A stretch of DNA of 64,000 nt. It comes from Deltaproteobacteria bacterium (GTDB lineage Bacteria; Myxococcota_A; UBA9160; SMWR01). Positions 30,147 through 38,304 of the stretch are shown piece after piece. The position numbers and the translations under genes were made by a program. Position 1 is the stretch's first letter. Every line of letters starts with the position of its first letter. Below the pieces are notes generated by a model, which saw only the letters and a program-made list of their open reading frames with translations, did not search any database and was not told where the DNA came from. Where the stretch lies: the NCBI GenBank assembly GCA_032128115.1, contig JAQBHB010000018.1:1-64000 (forward strand), in the 5' to 3' direction.

Positions 30147-31028
30147 TCAGAAGGGTAACGCGGTATGGGGCGGAGCGAGAACCACCAGGATCGCCCCCAG
30201 CGCGATGGCCGGGCCGAATCCGAAGGGGGCGTTCCAGTGGCGCGTGACAGCCGCCCAGCCCACCCCGAGCACCAGGCCGGCCAGAGAGGCGGTCAGGATG
30301 GTCTCCAGCGCGCCCAGGGGACCCAGCACGGCGCCGATCATGGCCAGCAACTTCACGTCGCCGAAGCCCACCCCGGGAAACCAGGTCCAGTAATCCAGGC
30401 TGCCAGGGACGGGCATCGCCTCGCCCTCGCCGGGCCAGTGCTCGAATCGCCGCCCCGCAGCCGTGGAGACCCGGGCGTGGACGAATCCCACCGTCCAGAT
30501 CAAGCCCCCGCCCACCAGGGCGCCGCCGACGGCGTGCAGCACGGCGCTGGCCAGGGGCGTCCCGGTCAGGGTCTGTACGGCCGGAACGATGACCGCCGCC
30601 AGGGCGAGCCCTCCCACGGAGATCTCGTCGGGGATGATGCGGTGATCGAAGTCGATGGCCGCGGCGGCCACCAGGGCCGCAGTGAAAGCAAACCACACCG
30701 GAGTCATGGCGGTCGCGCCGTAGCGGAGCGCGATGCCCAGGAACAACAGGCCCGTCAGCAGCTCGATGGCCGGATAGCGCAGCGAGATCCGGGCACGGCA
30801 GTGGCGGCAGCGGCCGCGCAGCCACAGATACGAGAGCACCGGAACGTTGTCCCAGGGCGCCACCGCGTGCTGGCAATGCGGGCAGTGGGATCCGGGCCGG
30901 ACCAGGGATTCGCCCCGGGGTAGCCGGTGGATCACCACGTTCAGGAACGAGCCCGTCACCAGCCCAAACGCAAACGCCAACGCCAGCGCGCCCGGGAAGC
31001 CGGGCGGTAGATCGGAGATTGCGGGCAT
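30147..31028 (-). CDS. pilD: Type IV prepilin peptidase/methyltransferase
   Basis: GSFLNVVIHRLP, CPHC/CRHC, AID..H.IIPD, GFGDVKL. Confidence 0.95.
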   Translation of the reverse strand: MPAISDLPPGFPGALALAFAFGLVTGSFLNVVIHRLPRGESLVRPGSHCPHCQHAVAPWDNVPVLSYLWLRGRCRHCRARISLRYPAIELLTGLLFLGIALRYGATAMTPVWFAFTAALVAAAAIDFDHRIIPDEISVGGLALAAVIVPAVQTLTGTPLASAVLHAVGGALVGGGLIWTVGFVHARVSTAAGRRFEHWPGEGEAMPVPGSLDYWTWFPGVGFGDVKLLAMIGAVLGPLGALETILTASLAGLVLGVGWAAVTRHWNAPFGFGPAIALGAILVVLAPPHTALPF

Positions 31029-31061
31029 CGATGACGAGGGTAGCAGTCGCGGCGTTGCGAC

Positions 31062-31838
31062 TCAGCGGAAGTCGCGACGTTCGAAGAGGAGGACCGCACC
31101 CACCAGCAGGATCGAGACGTAGCCCACGCCGTACACCAGCGGAAGAACGACGTCGGACGCCGTGACCGGCAGTCCGTGGGCCGCTTCCACGGTCAGGTTG
31201 AAGCTCTCCAGGTCGGGCAGCACGCGATGCAGGGCCGCCGTCGCGTTCTTGATCGACGGGAGGTCCGAGTTGGCCCCGATGTCGCGCAGAGCGCGGGTCA
31301 GATGGCCCACGAACCACACGCCGGCGGAAAAGAACGACGCCAGCATGGGCGTGGTGAATGCCGAGAAGAGCGTGGCCACCGCCACCACCAGGGCCAGCTC
31401 GACGGCAATCAGCAGGAAGGCGGCGGCGTGGGCGACGGTCAGTGGCGCCCCCGTGGCCAGAGAGACCAGCACGAAAGCTGCGATCATGATGGCGGCCTGC
31501 AACCAGATGGTGAGCACCAGCCCCACGTACTTGCCCAGCAGGAACTCCACACGCGACAGGGGCTTCGACAAGATGGTGTAGACGGTACGGCGGTCCACCT
31601 CCTTGTGGATCAGGTTCACCCCCACGAAGATCGCGATGGCCACGCCGAACAGGCGCACCGACGCGAGCCCCACGTCCTGGAGGATGCGCTCGCTCTCCAC
31701 GTACGAGAGCGACGAAAGCAACACGCCCGCCAGGATCAGGCCCACGGCGAACAGGAGCAACACGTACAGGAGCTTGTTGCGGATCGCCTCGCGCACGGTG
31801 TTGCTGGCAATGGTCCAGATGCGGAGGGCGGCCCTCAT
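31062..31838 (-). CDS. ABC transporter permease (myxobacterial PilI-like)
   Basis: IASNTVREAIRNK, KEVDRRTVYTILSKPLSR..FLLGKY, FERRDF; follows pilin genes. Confidence 0.85.
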   Translation of the reverse strand: MRAALRIWTIASNTVREAIRNKLLYVLLLFAVGLILAGVLLSSLSYVESERILQDVGLASVRLFGVAIAIFVGVNLIHKEVDRRTVYTILSKPLSRVEFLLGKYVGLVLTIWLQAAIMIAAFVLVSLATGAPLTVAHAAAFLLIAVELALVVAVATLFSAFTTPMLASFFSAGVWFVGHLTRALRDIGANSDLPSIKNATAALHRVLPDLESFNLTVEAAHGLPVTASDVVLPLVYGVGYVSILLVGAVLLFERRDFR

Positions 31839-32794
31839 CGCACGTCCTCCGTCTCGGCGCTCTTTGCGACCGCCGACAGGAAGATCGACTCCAGGGAGAC
31901 CCGGTGCGGCGTTACCGAGAGCACCTGGGCGTTGGCGTCCAGTGCCGTGCGCAGCACGCCGGTCACGTCCTTCTCGTTCACCCGAAGCTCGATGCGGTCC
32001 CCGTGGCCGCGCAGGTTGGCCCCCAGACGCTCCTCCAGGTTCGCGGCTGCCTCTGCCGGAAGCCCCGCCACGACTACGTCCACCTCGCGTTCATCGCCCT
32101 CCAGGAAGTCTTCGATGGCCCCCTCGTAGGTGATGCGCCCGGCCACGATGATGGCCACCCGGTCGCACACCATTTCCACGTCCGAGAGGATGTGGGTGTT
32201 CATGAAGACCGTCTTGCCCTCGCCGCGCAGGCGCAAGATCACGTCGCGGATGTCCTTGCGACCGATGGGGTCGAGTCCGCTCATGGGCTCGTCCAGGAAC
32301 ACAACGCGCGGATCGTGCACCAGGGCCTGGGCGATCCCGACCCGCTGGAGCATGCCCTTGGAGTAGGTGCAAAGGCGGGCGTCGGCCGCGTGGCCGAGAC
32401 CCACCCAGTCGAGCAGCATGTCCACGCGCTCCGCGCGGTGCGACCCCATCAGACCGGAGAGCTTGGCGTAGAAGCCCAGGATCTCGCGTCCGGTGAGGTA
32501 ATCGTAGAAATAGGGGTTCTCGGGCAGAAAACCGATGTGGCGGCGAAACTCCCGTTCGCGCACGCCGCAGCCCAGGATGCGGGCCTCGCCCGCGCTGGCG
32601 CGGATCAATCCCATCAGCACCTTGAGGGTGGTGGTCTTGCCGGCGCCGTTCGGCCCCACGAATCCGAAGATCTCGCCCTCGCGGACGTTGAACGTGATGC
32701 CGTGGAGCACCCGCTTCTTGCGCAGCCCGAAGCCGGGCCGGAAGTCCTTCACGACTCCCTCGACCTGAACGATCGTCTGCGATGCCGGACTCAT
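31835..32794 (-). CDS. ABC transporter ATPase (myxobacterial PilH-like)
   Basis: [30 protein letters not shown] overlaps upstream stop. Confidence 0.9.
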   Translation of the reverse strand: MSPASQTIVQVEGVVKDFRPGFGLRKKRVLHGITFNVREGEIFGFVGPNGAGKTTTLKVLMGLIRASAGEARILGCGVREREFRRHIGFLPENPYFYDYLTGREILGFYAKLSGLMGSHRAERVDMLLDWVGLGHAADARLCTYSKGMLQRVGIAQALVHDPRVVFLDEPMSGLDPIGRKDIRDVILRLRGEGKTVFMNTHILSDVEMVCDRVAIIVAGRITYEGAIEDFLEGDEREVDVVVAGLPAEAAANLEERLGANLRGHGDRIELRVNEKDVTGVLRTALDANAQVLSVTPHRVSLESIFLSAVAKSAETEDVR

Positions 32795-33756
32795 CCCTCG
32801 GCCCTCGTTTGCCACGCCCGCAGCGATCTCCAGCGCTCTCGACGACTCTGATCGGCAGGATGGGCGTGCAACTGATACCGCTTGCGGTAGAAAGACGAGA
32901 CGATCTCGAGGCTCTGCTCGTCCAGTTGCCAGCGGAAGCCGTCCAGCAGCGGATGGGCGCGGGGCAGAACCGCCAGAACCGGCTCCGGGCCGGCCACCAG
33001 ATCCTCCACCCGCTCGATGTCGCGCCCGTGGCGCTCTATGTACTCGTCCCGGGCCTGGTCCAGGAAGCGCGCGGCGCGCTCCACCTGGATCTCGTCCAGG
33101 CTCTTCTCGTATTCGGCCCGCTTGTACTCATCCTCGGTGGTGCCGGCCAGCTCCGCCAGGAAGGCGGCCGCAGTCTCCAGACCGACCTGGTCGAGGCGCA
33201 TTCGGGCCACCAGCGGGCCCAGGTAGGCCGGGCTGCGCGGCAGGGGAATGGCCTCCTCCAGCACGTCCGCGGCCCGCTCGTTCTCGCCCAGGTAGAAGAA
33301 GTGGTTGAAGCCCAGGTGGTAGCGATTGCGCCAGTCCATGGGGTGATGCGCGATCCCCCGCACCAGCAGGCGGTTGGCAGCGCGCACGTTCTCCTCGCTG
33401 TCGGTGAGCCACAGCGCAGCGAAGCGGTAGGGATGGTCGACCCACGGGTCGACGCTGGTCACCACGTCGATGAGGCGCGCCACCTGTCGACTGGGCAGAT
33501 CTTCCCCGCCCATGGCACCGCCCACGAGTTGAACGGCGAGAAGCCAGTAGTAGTAGTCGGCGACAACCGCCTCGAATCCCAGGGCCGCGAGCCGCGCGTG
33601 TTCCGGGTCGGGAATGAAGCGCTCCCCCCACTCCGAGGCGATGGGGGCGGTGGTGTCCATCTGCGCGTGGACGAATCCGGTGGTCGCGATGGCGAGCATC
33701 GCGACGATCAGGCGTCCCCACGCCTGGGTGCTGATCTCCCTCCGCCGGCTGGACAC
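32791..33756 (-). CDS. Myxobacterial PilG-like pilus accessory protein
   Basis: N-terminal TM, ADYYYWL.AVQ, DP, TPR-like LGFNHFFYL; sits between pilins and ABC ATPase. Confidence 0.7.
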   Translation of the reverse strand: MSSRRREISTQAWGRLIVAMLAIATTGFVHAQMDTTAPIASEWGERFIPDPEHARLAALGFEAVVADYYYWLLAVQLVGGAMGGEDLPSRQVARLIDVVTSVDPWVDHPYRFAALWLTDSEENVRAANRLLVRGIAHHPMDWRNRYHLGFNHFFYLGENERAADVLEEAIPLPRSPAYLGPLVARMRLDQVGLETAAAFLAELAGTTEDEYKRAEYEKSLDEIQVERAARFLDQARDEYIERHGRDIERVEDLVAGPEPVLAVLPRAHPLLDGFRWQLDEQSLEIVSSFYRKRYQLHAHPADQSRRERWRSLRAWQTRAEG

Positions 33757-33768
33757 GGGATCTTCCGA

Positions 33769-34374
33769 TCAGAACTCGTCAGTGCCGAAGTTGATGGCGA
33801 CTTCGTTGTAGACGGGCTGGAGCGACTTTCGGTCGAGCGGCGGCTGGGTGTTGAGCACCGAGGGGCACTCACCCAGAACCACGCCGCCATCGCTTCGAGC
33901 GGGCTCCACGTACATCACTTCCGAGCCCAGGCCGTCGCCGTCCACATCGCCCACGGCACTCACGGTAAAGCACTCAGAGGTGGCCGGATCGGCGCCACAG
34001 ACCGCATCGCAGGCCTCGGCGGTTCCCGTGTTGATCCCGTAGGCGTAGAAGACCTCCCCCATGGGAATCCAGCCCAGGTCGCTGAAGGCGGTCCTGGCGT
34101 CCGCGTCCCAGGGCATCTTGTGGGTGCCGAGCCCGCCATAGCTGGTCCAGTCGGGCTGGGGAAGCGGCGCTTCGACGAACACGTCCCGCTCCGCCTGAAA
34201 GCTCTTCAACGAACGAACGATCTCGGCGATGTTGGCGAAGGCCTCGGTCCGCCGCGACTTCGCCTGATAGGACTGGAAGCCGGGAACGGCGATCGCCGCC
34301 AACAGTCCGATGATCGCCACCACGATCATCAACTCGATCAGGGTGAACCCCTGTGTCCGGTTCGCACTACGCAT
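33769..34374 (-). CDS. Second type IVa pilin-like protein
   Basis: [24 protein letters not shown] class III signal, E5, DVDGDG, 4 Cys; ATG 34374. Confidence 0.9.
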   Translation of the reverse strand: MRSANRTQGFTLIELMIVVAIIGLLAAIAVPGFQSYQAKSRRTEAFANIAEIVRSLKSFQAERDVFVEAPLPQPDWTSYGGLGTHKMPWDADARTAFSDLGWIPMGEVFYAYGINTGTAEACDAVCGADPATSECFTVSAVGDVDGDGLGSEVMYVEPARSDGGVVLGECPSVLNTQPPLDRKSLQPVYNEVAINFGTDEF

Positions 34375-34460
34375 CCCGCTTGATCCTCCTCGCCCTGAAA
34401 CGGCGGAGAGGAGGGCCGGCACGAGGCCGACCCTCCTCGAATTGCCACGAACGGCGTGAG

Positions 34461-34997
34461 CTAGAAAATGCTCCGGCCGTTGCCCGCAGCACATGCCATC
34501 ACCGTCTCGGCGGCAGTCAGCTGTGCAGACGTGCAGGTGGCGGGCGAGCCGCCCAGGGACTTGCTGTCGATGGAGCCCTTGCGATAGCCCCAGAGCTGCT
34601 GGGTGCCGTCGCCGTCGATGTCGGCAGCCGCGGCAGCGTTGAAGGTAGCGCCACTGACGTTGACGGCGTAGTTGAAGTACACCCGGCCTTCGGGCGACCA
34701 GCCGATCAGGTCGAAGCCCTGATTGGCACCGTCCACGTTCGTGAACCCGACCTTGACGTTCTTGCCGTTGGCGGCCGGCGACGCGTTGGCCGAGACGTAG
34801 GTCCCGAACTCCGCGAACACCGACTCTTCAGCGGTGCGGATGGCGGCGAGGTTGGTCTTGCCCTCGCTGGTCTTGGCCTTGAGCTGGAACTTCAGAAAGT
34901 TCGGAATCGCGATTGCCGCGAGAATTCCGATGATGGCGACCACGATCATCAACTCGATGAGCGTAAAGCCGCCACGGCGCTTGATGAGCCTTTTCAC
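34461..34997 (-). CDS. pilA: Major type IVa pilin
   Basis: [29 protein letters not shown] with AGGAG; first gene after sigma54 promoter. Confidence 0.92.
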   Translation of the reverse strand: MKRLIKRRGGFTLIELMIVVAIIGILAAIAIPNFLKFQLKAKTSEGKTNLAAIRTAEESVFAEFGTYVSANASPAANGKNVKVGFTNVDGANQGFDLIGWSPEGRVYFNYAVNVSGATFNAAAAADIDGDGTQQLWGYRKGSIDSKSLGGSPATCTSAQLTAAETVMACAAGNGRSIF

Positions 34998-35120
34998 GAT
35001 AACTCCTCTTATCTGTATCTCGGGCGATTCGCTTTCCAGGGCCCTGAACTCCAGCAGCCCCGACTTGCCGAAAATCGGCTCAAACAAACGCACGCCCGAA
35101 TTCCTGATGACCGCGCTTAG

Positions 35121-35136
35121 AGCAATGCGCGTGCCA
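35121..35136 (-). promoter_or_regulatory. sigma54 (-24/-12) promoter of pilA
   Basis: TGGCACGCGCATTGCT, full match to TGGCACG-N4-TTGCW. Confidence 0.88.
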
Positions 35137-35259
35137 AACCGTGGGTTGCGCTTTCATGGATCGGCAGACACCCGGGCGAACCTGAGGCGGGAAATGCGTC
35201 CCCGGCAGCCTGCGGGCGGCCGCCCGCAACCCCGGTCGAGGGGATCCGGGGGCGGTGCA

Positions 35260-35298
35260 GTGACGAAACGCGGCGCTCCCGGTGACGAGACGCGTCAC
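35260..35298. promoter_or_regulatory. Paired candidate enhancer (activator) sites upstream of pilA
   Basis: Perfect GTGACG-N5-CGTCAC at 35282-35298 plus degenerate copy GTGACGAAACGCGGCGC 22 bp away. Confidence 0.55.
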
Positions 35299-35349
35299 CC
35301 CAGGGGGGAGCTGAATCCCGGTTCCAGAGCGGATCGAGGCTGAGAGGGG

Positions 35350-35425
35350 TGGCGCTCCCAACGGGAATCGAACCCGTGTTTTGGCCTTGAGAGGGCCACG
35401 TCCTAGACCGCTAGACGATGGGAGC
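35350..35425 (-). tRNA. tRNA-Glu(CTC)
   Basis: GCTCCCA/TGGGAGC acceptor, TGGCC-CTCTCAA-GGCCA anticodon arm, GGTTCGATTCC, encoded CCA; 76 nt. Confidence 0.96.
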
Positions 35426-35456
35426 GCACCAGACGATGGGAGTGCGGGCCGGCCGG

Positions 35457-35485
35457 AACTTGCCGTCCGCGGGCGTCACTGTCAA
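35457..35485 (-). promoter_or_regulatory. sigma70-type promoter of tRNA-Glu
   Basis: TTGACA-N17-CAAGTT followed by GC-rich discriminator. Confidence 0.6.
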
Positions 35486-35503
35486 CACGGTTCGCCGGCC
35501 TGT

Positions 35504-35570
35504 CGGGCTACCGATCCGGGCTACCGATCCGGGCTGGGCTGCCGATCCGGACTGGGCTGCCGATCCAGTC
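35504..35570. repeat. Nested short tandem repeats (GGGCTRCCGATC core x4; 13- and 18-nt periods)
   Basis: cgggctaccgatc x2, then tgggctgccgatcc(ggac/agtc) x2. Confidence 0.85.
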
Positions 35571-35636
35571 GGGACCTCGCCGGGGGCGTCCCGGCCCCCT
35601 AACCTCGCCGCGAGCGGGAACCAGCCGGAGAACCAC

Positions 35637-36236
35637 TTGGCTCCGAACCTTGCCTTTGCGTTCATGGACTGCGAGTTCGGAGGGCTCGATCCCGACTTGC
35701 ACGACATCACCGAGATCGCGGTGATCGTGACCGACTACCGGCTCGTCGAGCTCTCGCAGAAGGAGTGGAAGATCCGCGCCCGTGCGGACCGCATCTCGAA
35801 GGAGGCGGCGGCCATCAGCGGCTACACCACCGAGGCGTGGGAGGACGCGATCCCGATCCGCCAGGCCTTCGAAGAGCTGACGGCGCTCCTGCCCGGGGAC
35901 AAAACCATCGTCCCCGCCGGCCAGAATGTCCGGATGGATGTGCAATTCCTGGAGCGGGCCTTCAAGAGCTGCAAGATGGCCTACCCGTTCGATTACCACG
36001 TCATCGATCTGGTGACGCTCTTCTACACCTGGTCGTTGGTGAACGGGGAGCCTGTCGCAGCGCTGTCGCTGCGACAGGCGGCGGTGACGGCCGGCCTGAT
36101 CAACGGGCCGATCCCGCACCGGGCCATGGCGGACGCTCGACTGACGCTGGATACGTTCCGCCATTTCGTGGGACGCCTGGCGCCCCGCGATCCGGAGGAG
36201 GCTGCGGTTCGAGTCGCGCTCCCGCCTGGGAATTGA
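35637..36236 (+). CDS. DEDDh 3'-5' exonuclease (DnaQ/oligoribonuclease-like)
   Basis: ExoI DCE, ExoII GQN..MD..FL, ExoIII HRAMAD; TTG 35637 with GGAG (the longer ORF would overlap the tRNA and its promoter). Confidence 0.85.
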   Translation: MAPNLAFAFMDCEFGGLDPDLHDITEIAVIVTDYRLVELSQKEWKIRARADRISKEAAAISGYTTEAWEDAIPIRQAFEELTALLPGDKTIVPAGQNVRMDVQFLERAFKSCKMAYPFDYHVIDLVTLFYTWSLVNGEPVAALSLRQAAVTAGLINGPIPHRAMADARLTLDTFRHFVGRLAPRDPEEAAVRVALPPGN

Positions 36237-36282
36237 TGCGGATTCCGCGGCGAGAATGTTCCGGGGGAGAGGAGACCGGGAG

Positions 36283-36474
36283 TCAGCTGCGCGGACCGCG
36301 CCGGCTGGCCCCCGATTGCGCCTGAACCATCTCCCAGAGACGCCGGCGAAGCTTCTCCTTGAACTCCGGATCCGCACGCACTTCCACCAGATCGGCTTCG
36401 AGGAATTCGCGCAATTCGTCCATGGTGAAGTTGTCCATGGCGATCTGGTCGTCCTTGGTGCCCATGCCTGACAT
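36283..36474 (-). CDS. Small soluble helical protein (63 aa) downstream of ECF sigma pair
   Basis: ATG 36474 after G-rich SD; MDELREFLEAD..ADPEFKEKLRRRLW; biased high-GC3 codons. Confidence 0.7.
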   Translation of the reverse strand: MSGMGTKDDQIAMDNFTMDELREFLEADLVEVRADPEFKEKLRRRLWEMVQAQSGASRRGPRS

Positions 36475-36527
36475 CGATCCCCCCCGCTCGTCTCTGGCTC
36501 TCACTCGCTTCGCGTTTCTCACGCCGA

Positions 36528-37139
36528 TCACGCGTTGATGCTTGCACTCGGATCGATGGCCTCGATCACGAGCCGCTTCATGCGGTAGAGACTCGATCGC
36601 ACCGCGTCGTTGGACCGCGAGGTCCGGCGCGCAATCTCCTCGATCGGCAGATTCTCCATGTGGCGCATCACGAAGACTTCGGCGTGCCAGTCTGCCACCT
36701 TGCCCAGGCGCTCCTGGACGGCCTCAGCGCAGCGCCGGAGGTTCAGGTGCTCCTCCGGTGTGCAGGCGTCCAGGGACGCGGCCGATCGCTGCAGGGACTG
36801 CTCGGCCCGCTCGATTCGCAGATCGTGGGACTTCGCGCGCCGCAGGTGATTGTTCACCGTATTCTTCGCGATCCCGTAGATCCACGAAAGCAGCGAGGAT
36901 TGTCCCCGATAGGCTTCGATGGACCGGAAGACGGCGGTGAACGTCTCCTGGGCCACCTCTTCCGCATCCGCGTGATTCCGCAGCCGCATGTAGCCATAGC
37001 TGTAGACGCGCTGGAAGTAGCGGTCGTAGAGGACCCCGAAGTCGTCCTCGCTGGAGCGCCGGATTCCATCCAGCAACTCCTGGTCGGACCGGGTCCGGGA
37101 CTCAGATTCAACGGAACAGCTTGTGTCCAACCGGGGCAA
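36528..37139 (-). CDS. ECF RNA polymerase sigma factor (second of pair)
   Basis: Region 2 DAEEVAQETF..SSLLSWIYGIAKN; region 4 IEEIARRTSRSNDAVRSSLYR; TTG with GAGGAG. Confidence 0.92.
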   Translation of the reverse strand: MPRLDTSCSVESESRTRSDQELLDGIRRSSEDDFGVLYDRYFQRVYSYGYMRLRNHADAEEVAQETFTAVFRSIEAYRGQSSLLSWIYGIAKNTVNNHLRRAKSHDLRIERAEQSLQRSAASLDACTPEEHLNLRRCAEAVQERLGKVADWHAEVFVMRHMENLPIEEIARRTSRSNDAVRSSLYRMKRLVIEAIDPSASINA

Positions 37140-37273
37140 CGCGCGGTCTCCTCGCGTTACCCCTCCCCAGGATCAGGCTCGACGCCTGCGTACAGTATGT
37201 GGCCAATTCTTCCGCCTTGTGGCACGGATTGCGCGCCAAATAATGGAACGCTTCCCCCCACGGGGATCGACGG

Positions 37274-37855
37274 TCAGGACCCCAGCAGGTTGTCCAGCCC
37301 GGGGGCCCCAGAAGCGATCGCCCGCCGCATCCGATAGAGGTTGGCCTTCACGGCATCCTCGGACTTGCCGAGTGCCGCGGCGATGGTCCGGATCGACTGT
37401 CGCCGCAGATGCTTCAGGTGAAAAATGCGCCTCTGGAGAGGCGTCAGATCGTTGTCGATCACCGACTCGCAGAGCTTCAGCATGCGCCGGGCGTCCACGG
37501 TGCGATCCGGAGCGGGGGCCTCGGACGCGGCGGCGTTGGCGCCGTCCGCATCGATGGATTCCATACGGGGCCGGGCCCGCCGGAAGCGGCGGTTCACGGT
37601 GTTGCGGGTGATCCCGAAGATCCACACCAACAGACTCGAATTGCCCTGGAAGCTGTCGAGGCAGTTGAAGACGGTGAAGAATACCTCCTGGGTCACGTCC
37701 TCGGCCTCGCCGGGATCACCCAGGCGCTTCAGTGCAAAGCGGTAGACCCGTGGGAAGTAGGTCTCGTAGAGCAGCTCGAAGTGCTCGGCGCTTCCGCCCA
37801 GGATCTTCGCCAAAAGCTCTTGGTCGCTGGACCAGGCGTTGTCCGTGCAAGACAC
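37274..37855 (-). CDS. ECF RNA polymerase sigma factor (first of pair)
   Basis: Region 2 EAEDVTQEVF..SSLLVWIFGITRN; region 4 IRTIAAALGKSEDAVKANLYR; GTG with AGGAG. Confidence 0.92.
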   Translation of the reverse strand: MSCTDNAWSSDQELLAKILGGSAEHFELLYETYFPRVYRFALKRLGDPGEAEDVTQEVFFTVFNCLDSFQGNSSLLVWIFGITRNTVNRRFRRARPRMESIDADGANAAASEAPAPDRTVDARRMLKLCESVIDNDLTPLQRRIFHLKHLRRQSIRTIAAALGKSEDAVKANLYRMRRAIASGAPGLDNLLGS

Positions 37856-38005
37856 TCGCGCTCCTGACCGCCGTGCGGTCCGTGCGCGAGGGGAAGAGTC
37901 CCGGCGAGTGGCAGCGTCCCGGCGACCGCCCACGGGGCGGGCCACACGACCCTAGGGTCGCCGGGGGGTACGAGTTGTCCCGAACCTGAAACCAAGCGCC
38001 CCGAT

Positions 38006-38041
38006 CCAAGTGGATTGCCGAGGCCAAGTGGATTGTCGAGG
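38006..38041. repeat. 18-nt tandem duplication in ECF leader
   Basis: ccaagtggattgccgagg / ccaagtggattgtcgagg. Confidence 0.9.
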
Positions 38042-38124
38042 CTCGCTGCGACTTCCTGGCTCTCTTCTCCTCGCGAAAGGGTTGGCTTTCCAATAGTGGG
38101 GACTCGCGTCCCGCGTGGTCTGGG

Positions 38125-38140
38125 AGCAAGGGTCGTGCCA
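38125..38140 (-). promoter_or_regulatory. sigma54 (-24/-12) promoter upstream of ECF pair
   Basis: TGGCACGACCCTTGCT, full consensus, in correct orientation and next to an AT-rich tract. Confidence 0.85.
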
Positions 38141-38304
38141 GACCGAGCCGGATACACAGCTAAATAGGTAACTCCGTGATTATGTTGGTTTAAATCATGT
38201 TTTGGCAGTAGGAAAAACCCTGCCACCCTGCCCGCTCGCAGGTGAAAAGTTATTCCACTTCTGAGCACTGCTGTTCACTCTTGGCTGGCGATCCAGGAGA
38301 GAGC

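Noticed and set aside
30124..31317. 641-aa version of the DsbA ORF
   Set aside because: The extension overlaps pilD and the ABC permease in another frame; a TTG with GGAGG at 30123 gives a normal-sized protein.
34461..34997. PilA as an electrically conductive pilin
   Set aside because: Aromatics at mature positions 1, 24, 27, 51, 54 and 57 are common in related pilins; the protein is full length and conductivity cannot be read from sequence.
29364..35349. Pilin cluster as a genomic island between two convergent tRNAs
   Set aside because: No integrase, no duplicated tRNA 3' end found, and the gene set is the normal myxobacterial pilA-GHI-D arrangement.
35504..35570. Repeats near tRNA-Glu (and at 52396) as a CRISPR array
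   Set aside because: Units are 9-18 nt, directly adjacent, without unique spacers; no cas genes in the window.
37220..37238. TGGCACGGATTGCGCG between the ECF genes as a third sigma54 promoter
   Set aside because: It points antisense to the ECF genes and has GCGC rather than TTGC; it may be an imperfect palindromic operator, but support is weak.
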